Origin: Candidatus Omnitrophica bacterium UBA6215
GTDB lineage: Bacteria > Omnitrophota > Gorgyraeia > Pluralincolimonadales > Pluralincolimonadaceae
DNA length: 64,000 nucleotides
Direction: 5' to 3'
Assembly (NCBI GenBank): GCA_002421665.1
Contig: DISH01000001.1
Location: 69,410-133,409 of the forward strand
A model generated the notes under the pieces. That model searched no databases and was not told the DNA's origin. It saw nothing but the letters and a program-made list of their open reading frames with translations. The stretch's first letter is position 1, and every line of letters begins with the position of its first letter. Positions 42,028 to 51,842 of the stretch are shown here, piece by piece. Both the position numbers and the translations under genes were made by a program.

Positions 42028-42720
42028 GTGAGGCGGCCTTTATTTTTTGCGGTTTTAGCCCTCTTTTTGATCTCTACATCACATACGGCAAATCCCGAAG
42101 ATAAGGCCATCGGATCCGTCGATCTTTCGGAGACGGCGGAGACAGCCGTGCCGGAAGAAGCGCCAACGGCAGAGATACCGGCACCCGAAGAGGATAAACC
42201 GCAAGAAGAGCCGGGAGCGATAGTAATTCTCGACGGAGCACTTCCCGAAGACGCAATAACGCAGGGCACCTGGGAATGGAACGATCCCTTTAAATACGGG
42301 GATCCAAAGTCCCATACCGAGCCCGCGTCGGAAGGGATTACCGCACATTCGTATATATCGGCACCGATAGACGTGCCGGACAATTACAATATAGAGACAT
42401 ATGTTTACCTTGACCCTGCCAAACCGCCTCAGGGCATTCTCTTAAGGTTCAGGTTTGAGGCTGAAGGCAGAGAGGGCGATATAGGCGTTTACAAGGAAGG
42501 GGAGAAGGAAGTTTTTATCTTCAACGACGATGAAGCTGTCATATACGACGGCATCCTGCCGGAACCGGGCAAATGGGCTAAATGGTCTGTCGACCCGGAT
42601 GACCTGGGGTTGAGTGGTGCCAAGATCGAGGGAATATCATTTGTTGTTTATGGCGGCAAGGCTAACTGGGCTAGGACCCGGTTCGTGCCGTCTAAAAGAT
42701 ATAAGGATAATGCCAATTAA
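42028..42720 (+). CDS. secreted hypothetical protein with acidic Pro/Glu-rich N-terminal region
   Basis: The gene starts at a GTG with a good RBS. A signal peptide (LFFAVLALFLISTSHTA) is followed by a PEEAPTAEIPAPEEDKPQEEP low-complexity region. No family is recognised. Confidence 0.5.
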   Translation: MRRPLFFAVLALFLISTSHTANPEDKAIGSVDLSETAETAVPEEAPTAEIPAPEEDKPQEEPGAIVILDGALPEDAITQGTWEWNDPFKYGDPKSHTEPASEGITAHSYISAPIDVPDNYNIETYVYLDPAKPPQGILLRFRFEAEGREGDIGVYKEGEKEVFIFNDDEAVIYDGILPEPGKWAKWSVDPDDLGLSGAKIEGISFVVYGGKANWARTRFVPSKRYKDNAN

Positions 42721-42732
42721 AGGAGAACGCAG

Positions 42733-43203
42733 ATGTCGAGAAGGACGGTAGTCGTGGTTGTCTGCCTTATCGTCGTGTTTTTTCTGTCCAGCGTCGTAAT
42801 GGCCATGGGAAGGAAAGTAGTTAAGCCGGCCGAACAACAGCCGGTTTCTCTGGGGACCACCCAGCCGGAAGTAGAGCTCATAAAGCCCGAACAGCTTGAG
42901 CCGAACCCTCCTATTACCGAGGAGATGAAGGAAAAGAAGCCCCAAGATATAGCGGTCCAGCTTGCCCCGGACGAAGGCACCAAGAACAGGCAGATACAGA
43001 CCGCCCTCAAGAATGCAGGATACGATCCCGGCACCGTTGACGGAAAATTAGGCCCGAAGTCCAAGAAGGCGATAAAGGATTTTCAGACCGCGAACGGGCT
43101 TAAAGCCGACGGTAAAGTAGGCCCAAAGACATGGTCAAAACTCAGCACGTATGTGTCCCTTAACGCGGCCGATAATGCGGACACAAAGAAAGGAGGCAAT
43201 TGA
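42733..43203 (+). CDS. membrane-anchored protein with C-terminal putative peptidoglycan-binding domain (PG_binding_1-like)
   Basis: An N-terminal TM helix is present, and the C-terminus (IQTALKNAGYDPGTVDGKLGPKSKKAIKDFQTANGLKADGKVGPKTW) fits the PG-binding repeat. Confidence 0.6.
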   Translation: MSRRTVVVVVCLIVVFFLSSVVMAMGRKVVKPAEQQPVSLGTTQPEVELIKPEQLEPNPPITEEMKEKKPQDIAVQLAPDEGTKNRQIQTALKNAGYDPGTVDGKLGPKSKKAIKDFQTANGLKADGKVGPKTWSKLSTYVSLNAADNADTKKGGN

Positions 43204-43874
43204 TGTACAAAATTTCCAGACTGAACGTACTCGCGCTGGTGGTGATGACGGCTTTCATGGTCTCCGGATGCGCGGTGGGTTTCTATAAAAGAAGCCCTAA
43301 GGATATGCAGAAGATAGAGGACCTCCAGGCCGAAATAGACCGTTTAAAGACTTTAAGGGAGCAGGAAGGCAGGGAGCTTGAAGCCGCGAAAGCCGAACTC
43401 GAGAAGAGGCTCAAAGGCGAGAAGGGCGTTTCTGTGGGTATGGATGAACGCGGCCTTGTAGTGACGTTTGTCGCGGAAGTGCTCTTTGACTCGGGCATGG
43501 CGAAAATACGCCCGTCCGCTCACGATGTCTTGAACAAGGTAGCTTCGGTTATCAACGATAAGGTGGGCAACAGGAACATCGCCATCGAAGGGCATACCGA
43601 TAACGAACCCATAAAAAAGTCGGGATGGAAATCCAACTGGGAGCTTTCGACGGCCAGGGCTACTTCCGTACTCCATTATCTTGAGGACATGGGTGTTGCG
43701 CCCAACAGGCTGCAGGCTACCGGTTACGGGGAATACCGCCCGGTCGCTTCGAATGACACAAAGGAAGGGATGCAGCAGAACAGAAGGGTAGAGATCATAA
43801 TCCTTCCTAAGATGTCGAAGGCGGAAGCGGAATTTCTTAAGGAGCACGAGAAGGATTCGGAGTATATTAAGTAA
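43200..43874 (+). CDS. OmpA/MotB-family C-terminal domain lipoprotein
   Basis: Lipobox MVSGC is present with a coiled-coil region. The OmpA_C motifs IEGHTDNEPI...NWELSTARATSV...GYGEYRPV...NRRVEII are present. Confidence 0.75.
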   Translation: MMYKISRLNVLALVVMTAFMVSGCAVGFYKRSPKDMQKIEDLQAEIDRLKTLREQEGRELEAAKAELEKRLKGEKGVSVGMDERGLVVTFVAEVLFDSGMAKIRPSAHDVLNKVASVINDKVGNRNIAIEGHTDNEPIKKSGWKSNWELSTARATSVLHYLEDMGVAPNRLQATGYGEYRPVASNDTKEGMQQNRRVEIIILPKMSKAEAEFLKEHEKDSEYIK

Positions 43875-43898
43875 TCCTTTACTATGCTCGGATAGTCT

Positions 43899-43940
43899 GA
43901 GAAACGCCGCCCGTCTATCAACGGACGGCGTTTCTCTTAA
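43899..43940 (+). terminator. Rho-independent terminator
   Basis: GAGAAACGCCGCCCGT-ctatca-ACGGACGGCGTTTCTC forms a hairpin with one mismatch and is followed by a T-rich run. Confidence 0.65.
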
Positions 43941-43951
43941 AGGAGCGCGAG

Positions 43952-44983
43952 ATGAAAAAAAGAAATAAAAGCGGAAAGAAGGCCGTGAAAAAAGCGGTCA
44001 AGAAAGTAAAAACTGCAGCCAGGACCACCACCAAGAGAGTAAGGTCCGTCGTCAAAAAGGTCAAGAAACTTCCTGTATTAAAGAGGGTCAGGAAAGTGGT
44101 CTCTCGGGTGGCGCAGGTGGTGGAGTCTCCCAGGGACAAGACCGAGGAGACTAAGTATTATCCGCGCCCGACGCCGTATCTCCCCCCAAGGCAATGGGAA
44201 CGCGAGGAGCTTCCCGACCGTTACGGCGATACCCGTATAGTCATCATGGCAAGGGATCCCTACTGGGTATTCTCATACTGGGAGGTAACGGATGAGAAAC
44301 GCGTCCAGATTGAAAGAGAAGCCGGCGCATCCTGGAATGACCTTCGCAAGGTCCTGCGCGTATACGACGTCACCGGGAAAGATTTCAACGGATTCAACGC
44401 CAACAGGTATTTTGACATAGACCTCCATCCGAGCGCCGTCAGCTGGTACATAAATGTAGGTGTGGCCGACAGGTCCTGGTGCGTTGACCTCGGCGTTATA
44501 ACCCCTAGCGGAAAGTTCATACTGATAGCCCGCTCGAACATAGTCCTTACACCGCGTGACAGCGCTTCCGATGTAATCGATGAGGAATGGATGTCCATAG
44601 AGGAAGAGTTCCTTAAACTCTACGGGCTTTGGGGCGGATTTGCCGGGGCTTCTCCCGGTAAGGCAAGGATAAAGAAAATAATGAAAGAGCGCCTGCAGCA
44701 GGAGTTGTCATCTGGCGGGCTCAGCTCTTTTGTAAGGCCGCCCAATTATAAAGGCCGCGGTTTCTGGATGGTAGTGAATACCGAGCTTATAGTTTACGGC
44801 GCGACCGAACCCGATGCGACCGTTACTGTCCAGGGCAGACCCATAAGGCTTAACCCTGACGGGACATTCAGCCTAAGGTTCGCTCTCCCGGACGGGGAGC
44901 AGGTAATACCCGTAAAAGGTGTATCAGCCGACAAGGAAGAGGAGCGCGTGATAACACCTATAGTCAGGAAATCGACCAAATAA
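43952..44983 (+). CDS. DUF4912 family protein with lysine-rich (histone H1-like) N-terminal tail
   Basis: Aa 1-55 read KKRNKSGKKAVKKAVKKVKTAARTTTKRVRSVVKKVKK. The core (RIVIMARDPYWVFSYWEVTD...WYINVGV) fits DUF4912, which is typically paired with GH57. Confidence 0.65.
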   Translation: MKKRNKSGKKAVKKAVKKVKTAARTTTKRVRSVVKKVKKLPVLKRVRKVVSRVAQVVESPRDKTEETKYYPRPTPYLPPRQWEREELPDRYGDTRIVIMARDPYWVFSYWEVTDEKRVQIEREAGASWNDLRKVLRVYDVTGKDFNGFNANRYFDIDLHPSAVSWYINVGVADRSWCVDLGVITPSGKFILIARSNIVLTPRDSASDVIDEEWMSIEEEFLKLYGLWGGFAGASPGKARIKKIMKERLQQELSSGGLSSFVRPPNYKGRGFWMVVNTELIVYGATEPDATVTVQGRPIRLNPDGTFSLRFALPDGEQVIPVKGVSADKEEERVITPIVRKSTK

Positions 44984-46563
44984 TGGAAAAAGGTTACCTT
45001 TGCATCGTATTGCACAGCCATCTTCCGTATGTCCGGCATCCGGAATACGAAGATTTTCTTGAGGAAGACTGGCTTTATGAGGCGATAACAGAAACCTATA
45101 TCCCGCTTATCAACGTGTATAACGGGCTTGTCCGCGACGGAGTCGATTTCCGCATAACCATGTCGATAACCCCATCGCTGTGCTCAATGCTTGCCGATCC
45201 CGTGCTGCAGGACAGGTATGTCAAACATCTCGACACCCTCATAGAGCTGGCGAACAAAGAAGTCGAGCGCACCAGGTGGGAGCCGGCTTTTAACCGGCTT
45301 GCCCTGATGTACCAATCGCAGTTCATCGAGACCCGCCGTACGTTCATGGAGCGTTACCGCAAGAACATACTGTCGGCGTTCAAGGAATTCCAGGATATGG
45401 GCAAGCTTGAGATCATAACCTGCAATGCGACACACGGTTTCTTCCCCCTTATGGAGGTCTGCCCGAAGTCGGTCCGCGCGCAGGTCCAGGTGGGAGCTAA
45501 CAGTTATGAGAGATTTTTCGGAAGGAGGCCGCGAGGCACGTGGCTTGCCGAATGCGGGTATTTTCCCGGCGCCGACGCTTTCCTGAAAGAAGCGGGTATG
45601 CGTTATTTCTTCACGGATACGCACGGCATACTCCATGCCAGCCCCCGTCCGAAATACGGCGTATACGCGCCCATTTATTGCAGATCGGGTGTGGGTGCAT
45701 TCGCCAGGGATTTTGAGTCGTCAAAACAGGTTTGGAGCGCCATAGAAGGGTATCCCGGGGATTTTAATTACCGCGAGTTCTACCGCGACATAGGTTTTGA
45801 CCTGGATTTCGATTATATCAAGCCATACATACATAAGGACGGCATAAGGATAAACACGGGGATAAAATATTACAGGATAACCGGCCGCACCGACCACAAG
45901 GAGGCCTATAACCCGGATTGGGCCAGGGAGCGCGCCGCTTCGCACGCCGGAAATTTCATGTTCAACAGGGAGAAGCAGGTGGAATTCCTTTTTGACGTGA
46001 TGAAGAAGAAACCCATAATAGTAGCCCCGTACGACGCCGAACTTTATGGCCACTGGTGGTATGAAGGTCCCATGTTCCTCGATTTCCTCTTCAGGAAGCT
46101 CCATTATGACCAGAAGACCGTAAAGCCGATAACCCCTTCCGAGTATCTTGAAAGGAACCCGCGCAACCAGGTATCGACCCCGACCATGTCCAGCTGGGGC
46201 TATAAGGGTTATTGCGAGCACTGGCTCGACGGTTCCAACGATTGGATATACAGGCACCTGCACAAGGCGTCCGAACGCATGTCCGAACTGGCGAACAGTT
46301 ATCCGAACGCTTCCGGTCTTACCCGCCGTGCGCTCAACCAGGCGCTTCGCGAGCTCCTGCTTGCACAGTCAAGCGATTGGGCGTTCATAATGAAGACGGG
46401 TACGGTCGTACAGTATGCCGTCAAGAGGACCAAAGACCATATCCTTAGGTTCACGCGGATCTACGATGACATAAAGGCAAACCGCGTAGATGAAGGATGG
46501 CTTTCGGATATTGAGTATAAGGATAATGTTTTCCCTGAGATAGACTACAGGGTCCACGCCTGA
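44983..46563 (+). CDS. glycoside hydrolase family 57 protein (DUF1957; 1,4-alpha-glucan branching enzyme-like)
   Basis: LCIVLHSHLPYVRHPEYEDFLEEDWLYEAITETYIPL is the GH57 N-terminal catalytic region. The gene overlaps DUF4912 by TAATG. Confidence 0.8.
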   Translation: MEKGYLCIVLHSHLPYVRHPEYEDFLEEDWLYEAITETYIPLINVYNGLVRDGVDFRITMSITPSLCSMLADPVLQDRYVKHLDTLIELANKEVERTRWEPAFNRLALMYQSQFIETRRTFMERYRKNILSAFKEFQDMGKLEIITCNATHGFFPLMEVCPKSVRAQVQVGANSYERFFGRRPRGTWLAECGYFPGADAFLKEAGMRYFFTDTHGILHASPRPKYGVYAPIYCRSGVGAFARDFESSKQVWSAIEGYPGDFNYREFYRDIGFDLDFDYIKPYIHKDGIRINTGIKYYRITGRTDHKEAYNPDWARERAASHAGNFMFNREKQVEFLFDVMKKKPIIVAPYDAELYGHWWYEGPMFLDFLFRKLHYDQKTVKPITPSEYLERNPRNQVSTPTMSSWGYKGYCEHWLDGSNDWIYRHLHKASERMSELANSYPNASGLTRRALNQALRELLLAQSSDWAFIMKTGTVVQYAVKRTKDHILRFTRIYDDIKANRVDEGWLSDIEYKDNVFPEIDYRVHA

Positions 46564-46564
46564 T

Positions 46565-47272
46565 ATGCTCGATAAGAAGAAGATCCCCTTGCATATAGCT
46601 GTAATAATGGACGGCAACGGAAGGTGGGCAAAGAAGCGCGGACTTCCACGCGCGATGGGCCACCGGGAAGGGCTAAAGTCCGTCAGGGAGATCATAAAGA
46701 CCTGCCGCGAACTCGGCATAAAATTCCTTACGCTCTACGCATTCTCCGCGGAGAACTGGAAACGCCCTAAAGAGGAAGTAGATACCCTTATGCGTTACCT
46801 GAGCGAATATCTCGATAAAGAAGTCCCGAATTTCATAAAGAACGGTGTGCGGCTCAATTTTATCGGCAGGATAGAAGGCCTGCCGGATGAGGTTAAGCCG
46901 AAGATAGGGAAGTCGGTTGACGCCACCAAGGGCGGAAGGACGTTGACCCTTAATGTAGCGCTCAATTACAGCGGCAGGACCGAGATCATAGATGCGGCAA
47001 GGGAATTCGCCAGGCTTGTAAGCGAAGGCAAGGCGAAAGTGGAGGACCTCGACGAGGAGATGTTCTCCGGGCTGCTTGATACCGCAGGCCAGCCTGACCC
47101 CGACTTACTTATAAGAACTTCTGGCGAGATGAGGCTCTCCAATTTCCTGTTGTGGCAGATATCGTATGCCGAGATCTATATAACGCCTAAGCTCTGGCCT
47201 GATTTCAGGAAGAATGACCTTGTGGAAGCGGTCAGGGAGTTCCAGAAGAGGGAAAGAAGGTTCGGCGCATGA
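46565..47272 (+). CDS. uppS: undecaprenyl diphosphate synthase
   Basis: HIAVIMDGNGRWA...LTLYAFSAENWKRP...RTSGEMRLSNFLLWQ are UppS motifs. Confidence 0.9.
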   Translation: MLDKKKIPLHIAVIMDGNGRWAKKRGLPRAMGHREGLKSVREIIKTCRELGIKFLTLYAFSAENWKRPKEEVDTLMRYLSEYLDKEVPNFIKNGVRLNFIGRIEGLPDEVKPKIGKSVDATKGGRTLTLNVALNYSGRTEIIDAAREFARLVSEGKAKVEDLDEEMFSGLLDTAGQPDPDLLIRTSGEMRLSNFLLWQISYAEIYITPKLWPDFRKNDLVEAVREFQKRERRFGA

Positions 47273-48114
47273 CAGAGCAGGATAATAACCACAATAATTT
47301 AATACCCCGTTTCATCAGCTCTGCGCTGATCATTATTTTAGTGTTCTTTATAGTGCTCGTTTGGCCGAACTGGGTCTTTTGCGCCGTACTGACTATTATG
47401 ATAGCCGCCGCCCTGTATGAGTTCTATTCACTGGTAGAGAAGAAGGGCATTCCCATATTCAAGTTCAGCGGCATTTCTATCGGTATACTTGTGCCGCTGT
47501 TGATATATTTCACGTTCGAACCTACCAAGGGATGGGAGCTGCTTTTTATCATAGCGGTCCTCCTGACCATATTCATATTACAATTCACCCGCAGGGAGAA
47601 CAGCAACGCGATATTCGGCGTATCCACGACGATATTCGGGATACTCTATATCAGCTGGACGTTCAGCTTTATGCTAAAGCTCAAGCTTCTCGACAGCCCG
47701 GGGCTGCCTTCCGGCAGTCTTTTGGTGGCTTTCCTGCTCTTGGTAACGAAGATGGGGGATATAGGCGCGTACGCCATAGGTACATGCTGCGGTAAGCACA
47801 GCCTGATAGCCCGCATCAGCCCGAAGAAATCCGTGGAAGGGGCTTTGGGAGGTTTTGCATTCAGCGTGGGCGCGGCTTTTGCAAGCAAGAGCTTCCTGCC
47901 TACCGTGGCACTGCACCATCTTTTGATATTGGGTTGCCTGCTCGGGATACTGGCCCAGGTAGGCGACCTGTCCGAGTCTTTGATAAAACGTGATTGCCAG
48001 GTAAAAGATTCCGCTGACCGTATACCGGGTCTTGGAGGCGTGCTAGACCTTGTCGACAGCATATTGTTCACCGCGCCGACCCTATACTTCTATGTGTTCC
48101 AATTCCTGAAATGA
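47269..48114 (+). CDS. cdsA: phosphatidate cytidylyltransferase
   Basis: The protein is multi-TM and has the C-terminal [25 protein letters not shown] signature. Confidence 0.85.
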   Translation: MTEQDNNHNNLIPRFISSALIIILVFFIVLVWPNWVFCAVLTIMIAAALYEFYSLVEKKGIPIFKFSGISIGILVPLLIYFTFEPTKGWELLFIIAVLLTIFILQFTRRENSNAIFGVSTTIFGILYISWTFSFMLKLKLLDSPGLPSGSLLVAFLLLVTKMGDIGAYAIGTCCGKHSLIARISPKKSVEGALGGFAFSVGAAFASKSFLPTVALHHLLILGCLLGILAQVGDLSESLIKRDCQVKDSADRIPGLGGVLDLVDSILFTAPTLYFYVFQFLK

Positions 48115-49262
48115 AAAAGATAAACATCCTTGGTTCCACAGGTTCCATAGGCAATAATGCCCTTGATGTCATTGCCAGGCATCCGCGCGAGTTTTCGGTC
48201 ACGGGACTGGCTGCCCATTCCAACTCAGCGTTGCTGGTAAAGCAAGCCAAGAAGTTCCGTCCCAGGACGGTAGCTATATGCGATGAATCAAGAGCTGCTG
48301 CGGTACGCAGGGGGCTATCCGGCACAGGGATAAGGGTCCTTGAAGGTTATGAAGGCATCAACGAGCTTGCCGGGTACGACGAAGCGGACATAACGCTTGT
48401 CTCGATAGTCGGCGCCGCCGGGCTTATACCTACCTTGCGCGCTATACATGCCGTCAAGACCGTTGCTCTCGCCAACAAGGAGCCGCTTGTTATGGCCGGG
48501 CAGATAATAACCGCCATGGCCAGGCAGAGGGGAGTAAGGATACTTCCGGTGGATTCCGAGCATAGTGCCATATTTCAATGTCTTAACGGTCACAACAGGG
48601 AAGACATAAAGAAGATATACCTTACAGGCTCCGGCGGGCCGCTTAAGAATGTTGCCGCCGGGAAATTCCACCGTCTTTCCCCGGAAAAGGTTGTTAACCA
48701 TCCCAGGTGGAAGATGGGCAAGAAGATATCCGTGGATTCCGCAACGCTGATGAACAAGGGTTTGGAGATAATAGAGGCGAGGTGGCTCTTTGGGGTGAAT
48801 GTCGACAAGATAGACGTGTTGATACATCCCGAGGCAATAATCCATTCGATGGTCGAGTTCGTTGACGGTTCTATAATGGCGCAATTGTCGCAGACGGACA
48901 TGAGACTCCCGATCATGTACGCATTCTCATACCCTCGCAGGGTGAAGTCGGTCTTACCGGGGCTTGATTTCGTGAAGCTGGGCAAGTTCACATTCTCGCC
49001 TCCGGATTTCAGGAAGTTCCCATGCCTGAAGATGGCGTATGAGGCCGCAAGGAAGGGCGGTTCGCACCCGACCGTACTCAACGCCTCTAATGAAGAAGCG
49101 GTGCTTGCGTTCCTCGGCGGGAAGATAAAGTTCACGAAGATATGCACGATCGTCGAAAAAGTCCTCTCGTCCCACAAGACGAGTGATGAGCCTTCGCTTA
49201 ACGAAATACTCGAAATAGACGCCTGGGCCAGGGAAAAGGCAAGGAGAATAATAAATGCTTGA
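48111..49262 (+). CDS. dxr: 1-deoxy-D-xylulose 5-phosphate reductoisomerase
   Basis: [17 protein letters not shown]...LANKE...[13 protein letters not shown] are Dxr motifs. Confidence 0.9.
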   Translation: MKKINILGSTGSIGNNALDVIARHPREFSVTGLAAHSNSALLVKQAKKFRPRTVAICDESRAAAVRRGLSGTGIRVLEGYEGINELAGYDEADITLVSIVGAAGLIPTLRAIHAVKTVALANKEPLVMAGQIITAMARQRGVRILPVDSEHSAIFQCLNGHNREDIKKIYLTGSGGPLKNVAAGKFHRLSPEKVVNHPRWKMGKKISVDSATLMNKGLEIIEARWLFGVNVDKIDVLIHPEAIIHSMVEFVDGSIMAQLSQTDMRLPIMYAFSYPRRVKSVLPGLDFVKLGKFTFSPPDFRKFPCLKMAYEAARKGGSHPTVLNASNEEAVLAFLGGKIKFTKICTIVEKVLSSHKTSDEPSLNEILEIDAWAREKARRIINA

Positions 49263-50316
49263 AGTGATACTGGTAATACTCGCGTTTTCGTTGATGATAT
49301 TCGTCCACGAGCTGGGGCATTTCATAATGGCCCTGCGTGTCGGGATAAAAGTCAAAACCTTCTCGATGGGAATGGGGCCGAAGCTTTTTTCTGTCACACG
49401 AAACGGCATAGAGTACAGGCTCTCCCTTATACCTATCGGCGGGTACGTTAACATGCTCGGCGAGGACCCTTCCGAGCCGACGACCGGCGACAAAGGTGAA
49501 TTTGCCGCCCAGCCTGCGGGCAACAGGTTCAAGGTCCTGGTGGCTGGTGTCACCCTGAATTACCTTCTGGGACTCTTCCTGCTTTGGATAGTTTTTATGG
49601 CGGGATATCCCGTGTTGACCACAAAGATAGGTTCTCTGGTGGATGATTATCCCGCGAAGAAGGCGGGCATCCTCGCGGGAGATAAGGTCACGGCGATAGA
49701 CGGCGCCCCAGTAACCGATTGGGAAGCCCTCATAGGAGTCATGCACAAGAAGACCGACGGCAGAGAGGTTAAGGTTACCGTGGACAGGGACGGGAAAAAG
49801 ATGGATTTTGCCTTGAAGCCCGTAGTCAAGGAGACAAAAGACCTTTTAGGGAATGACGTAAGGGTTGCGCAGGTAGGCATAGTTAACTCAAACGAGAGGA
49901 GCTACCTGAAGTTCGGCATGGGCCGGGCATTTATCAGCGCAGCCCAAAAACAGGCTGATTTCGTCGTGACCACTTACCGCGGCCTGTGGAACATAATAAC
50001 CGGACGCCTCGCTTTCAAGGAGAATGTTTCCGGCCCTGTCGGCATATTCAATTTCATGACACAGGCCGCGAAGGTCGGTATAATACCGTTGGTATTGCTG
50101 ACGGCGCTTATAAGCACCCTCTTGGCCGTTTTTAACATACTCCCGGTTCCGCCGCTCGACGGGGGGCTGATGTTGTTCCTGGGTATAGAGAAGCTTCGCG
50201 GCAAGCCGCTAAGCAGGAAGACCCAGGAGATGGCCATGCAGGCAGGGTGGGTGTTCTTTATAGGGTTGATGCTCTTCGCAACTTACAACGATATATTCAA
50301 AATGGTAGGCAAATGA
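49255..50316 (+). CDS. rseP: RIP zinc metalloprotease RseP (site-2 protease) with PDZ domain
   Basis: HELGH is present in the first TM helix, a PDZ domain ([12 protein letters not shown]) follows, and a C-terminal LDGG motif is present. Confidence 0.85.
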   Translation: MLEVILVILAFSLMIFVHELGHFIMALRVGIKVKTFSMGMGPKLFSVTRNGIEYRLSLIPIGGYVNMLGEDPSEPTTGDKGEFAAQPAGNRFKVLVAGVTLNYLLGLFLLWIVFMAGYPVLTTKIGSLVDDYPAKKAGILAGDKVTAIDGAPVTDWEALIGVMHKKTDGREVKVTVDRDGKKMDFALKPVVKETKDLLGNDVRVAQVGIVNSNERSYLKFGMGRAFISAAQKQADFVVTTYRGLWNIITGRLAFKENVSGPVGIFNFMTQAAKVGIIPLVLLTALISTLLAVFNILPVPPLDGGLMLFLGIEKLRGKPLSRKTQEMAMQAGWVFFIGLMLFATYNDIFKMVGK

Positions 50317-51392
50317 AGATCATAAGACGCAGGACAAGGACGATAAGTTTAGGCGGTGTAAAGATAGGCGGCAACAGCCCTGTATCCGTGCAGTCGATGA
50401 CCAAGACCAATACCCTCGATGTCGCCGCGATTGTGGCACAAGTCAGGCAGCTCGAACTTGCCGGTTGCGACATCGTTCGGACGGCAGTGAAGGACGCCTC
50501 GTGCTGCGAGGCACTCGCCAAAATAATGAAGAAAATAAACATACCGCTCGAGGCCGATATACATTTCGATTACCGCCTGGCGTTAGCGGCGATAAACGCG
50601 GGTGTAGACGGCGTTCGCCTGAATCCCGGCAACGTCTATAAGAAGGAAGAGATAGAGGCGGTCATTAAGGCCGCGAAGAAGCGCCGCATACCCGTGCGCG
50701 TCGGCGTCAATTCGGGTTCGGTGCGCATTCCGAAAGGCGGAGTCACTAAAGAAAGATTTCCGGCGCTGATGGTCAAGGCTGCACTCGACTATATAAAGAT
50801 AATCGAATCGCTTGGTTTCCGAGACCTGCAGGTCTCGTTGAAGGTCTCCGATGTCGGACAGACTATAGACGCCTACCGGCTCATGGCCAAAAAATGCGAT
50901 TACCCGTTCCATCTGGGTGTAACGGCGGCGGGCCCGGAATTATCGGGTACCGTAAAGTCGGCGCTCGGGATAGGCATATTGCTTTCTGAAGGTATAGGTG
51001 ACACTATACGCGTATCTTTGACGGGCGACCCCGTGCAGGAAGTCATCGTCGGCAAGAATATCATACAGGGCCTCGGCCTGCGGCAATTCGGGCCGGAAGT
51101 CCTATCATGCCCGACCTGCGGCAGGACAGAAGTGGATATCATCGGCATCGCCAACAGGGTTGAGCAGGCTCTCGGAAAGATAAAGGATGAAAAGGGTAAG
51201 CTATCGGGCCTGCGCGTGGCCGTCATGGGTTGCGTCGTAAACGGCCCCGGAGAAGCGAAAGAGGCCGACCTCGGCATTGCGGCCGGAAAAGGCAGCGGAT
51301 TTCTCTTTATAAAGGGCAAGCCCGTGCGTAAAATAAGAGAGAGCGAGTTCGTGAGCGCCATAATCAAGGAAATTACTAGAATTATAAAATAA
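50313..51392 (+). CDS. ispG: 4-hydroxy-3-methylbut-2-en-1-yl diphosphate synthase (flavodoxin)
   Basis: GGVKIGGNSPVSVQSMTKT and CPTCGRT are IspG motifs. The ATG at 50313 overlaps the rseP stop (ATGA). Confidence 0.9.
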   Translation: MKIIRRRTRTISLGGVKIGGNSPVSVQSMTKTNTLDVAAIVAQVRQLELAGCDIVRTAVKDASCCEALAKIMKKINIPLEADIHFDYRLALAAINAGVDGVRLNPGNVYKKEEIEAVIKAAKKRRIPVRVGVNSGSVRIPKGGVTKERFPALMVKAALDYIKIIESLGFRDLQVSLKVSDVGQTIDAYRLMAKKCDYPFHLGVTAAGPELSGTVKSALGIGILLSEGIGDTIRVSLTGDPVQEVIVGKNIIQGLGLRQFGPEVLSCPTCGRTEVDIIGIANRVEQALGKIKDEKGKLSGLRVAVMGCVVNGPGEAKEADLGIAAGKGSGFLFIKGKPVRKIRESEFVSAIIKEITRIIK

Positions 51393-51404
51393 GGGCTTTA
51401 TAAG

Positions 51405-51734
51405 ATGAATGTGGGGTTTTCGTCGACTCGATCAAAAATAATATATTTGTCGATCAGCGTTATCGCTTTTGCGATAATTATTTATTCGATAGTAATCTAT
51501 TGTAAGAGTATTACAGATGTCATAGGAATGATAGTTCTTCTTATTACGGTCCCCATTATTGGGTGCTATACAGTTTGTCTTGCATTTAAGATAAGAGAAG
51601 GCAGGCTTTCGGAAGACGAAGTTCAAAATGCGAAAAAGCTGGAGCATCTGGAGATTATTAAAGTATTGCAGAGATATTTTATTACTTCAATTTTTGCCAA
51701 AAAAGTGCCGGTTTTTATGGTTTCCTTTGCTTGA
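51405..51734 (+). CDS. small hypothetical membrane protein encoded in an AT-rich islet
   Basis: The 109-aa product has two predicted TM helices. Local GC is about 33% versus about 53% in the flanks. No family is recognised. Confidence 0.4.
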   Translation: MNVGFSSTRSKIIYLSISVIAFAIIIYSIVIYCKSITDVIGMIVLLITVPIIGCYTVCLAFKIREGRLSEDEVQNAKKLEHLEIIKVLQRYFITSIFAKKVPVFMVSFA

Positions 51735-51842
51735 TACAGCTATCGTTAAAAGGATTGACTATAAGGTATTTTTTGTGATCAAAATTTTACTTACTGCATT
51801 AATTATGATTTTAAGTCAACTTATACAAAAAGGACTGACAAT

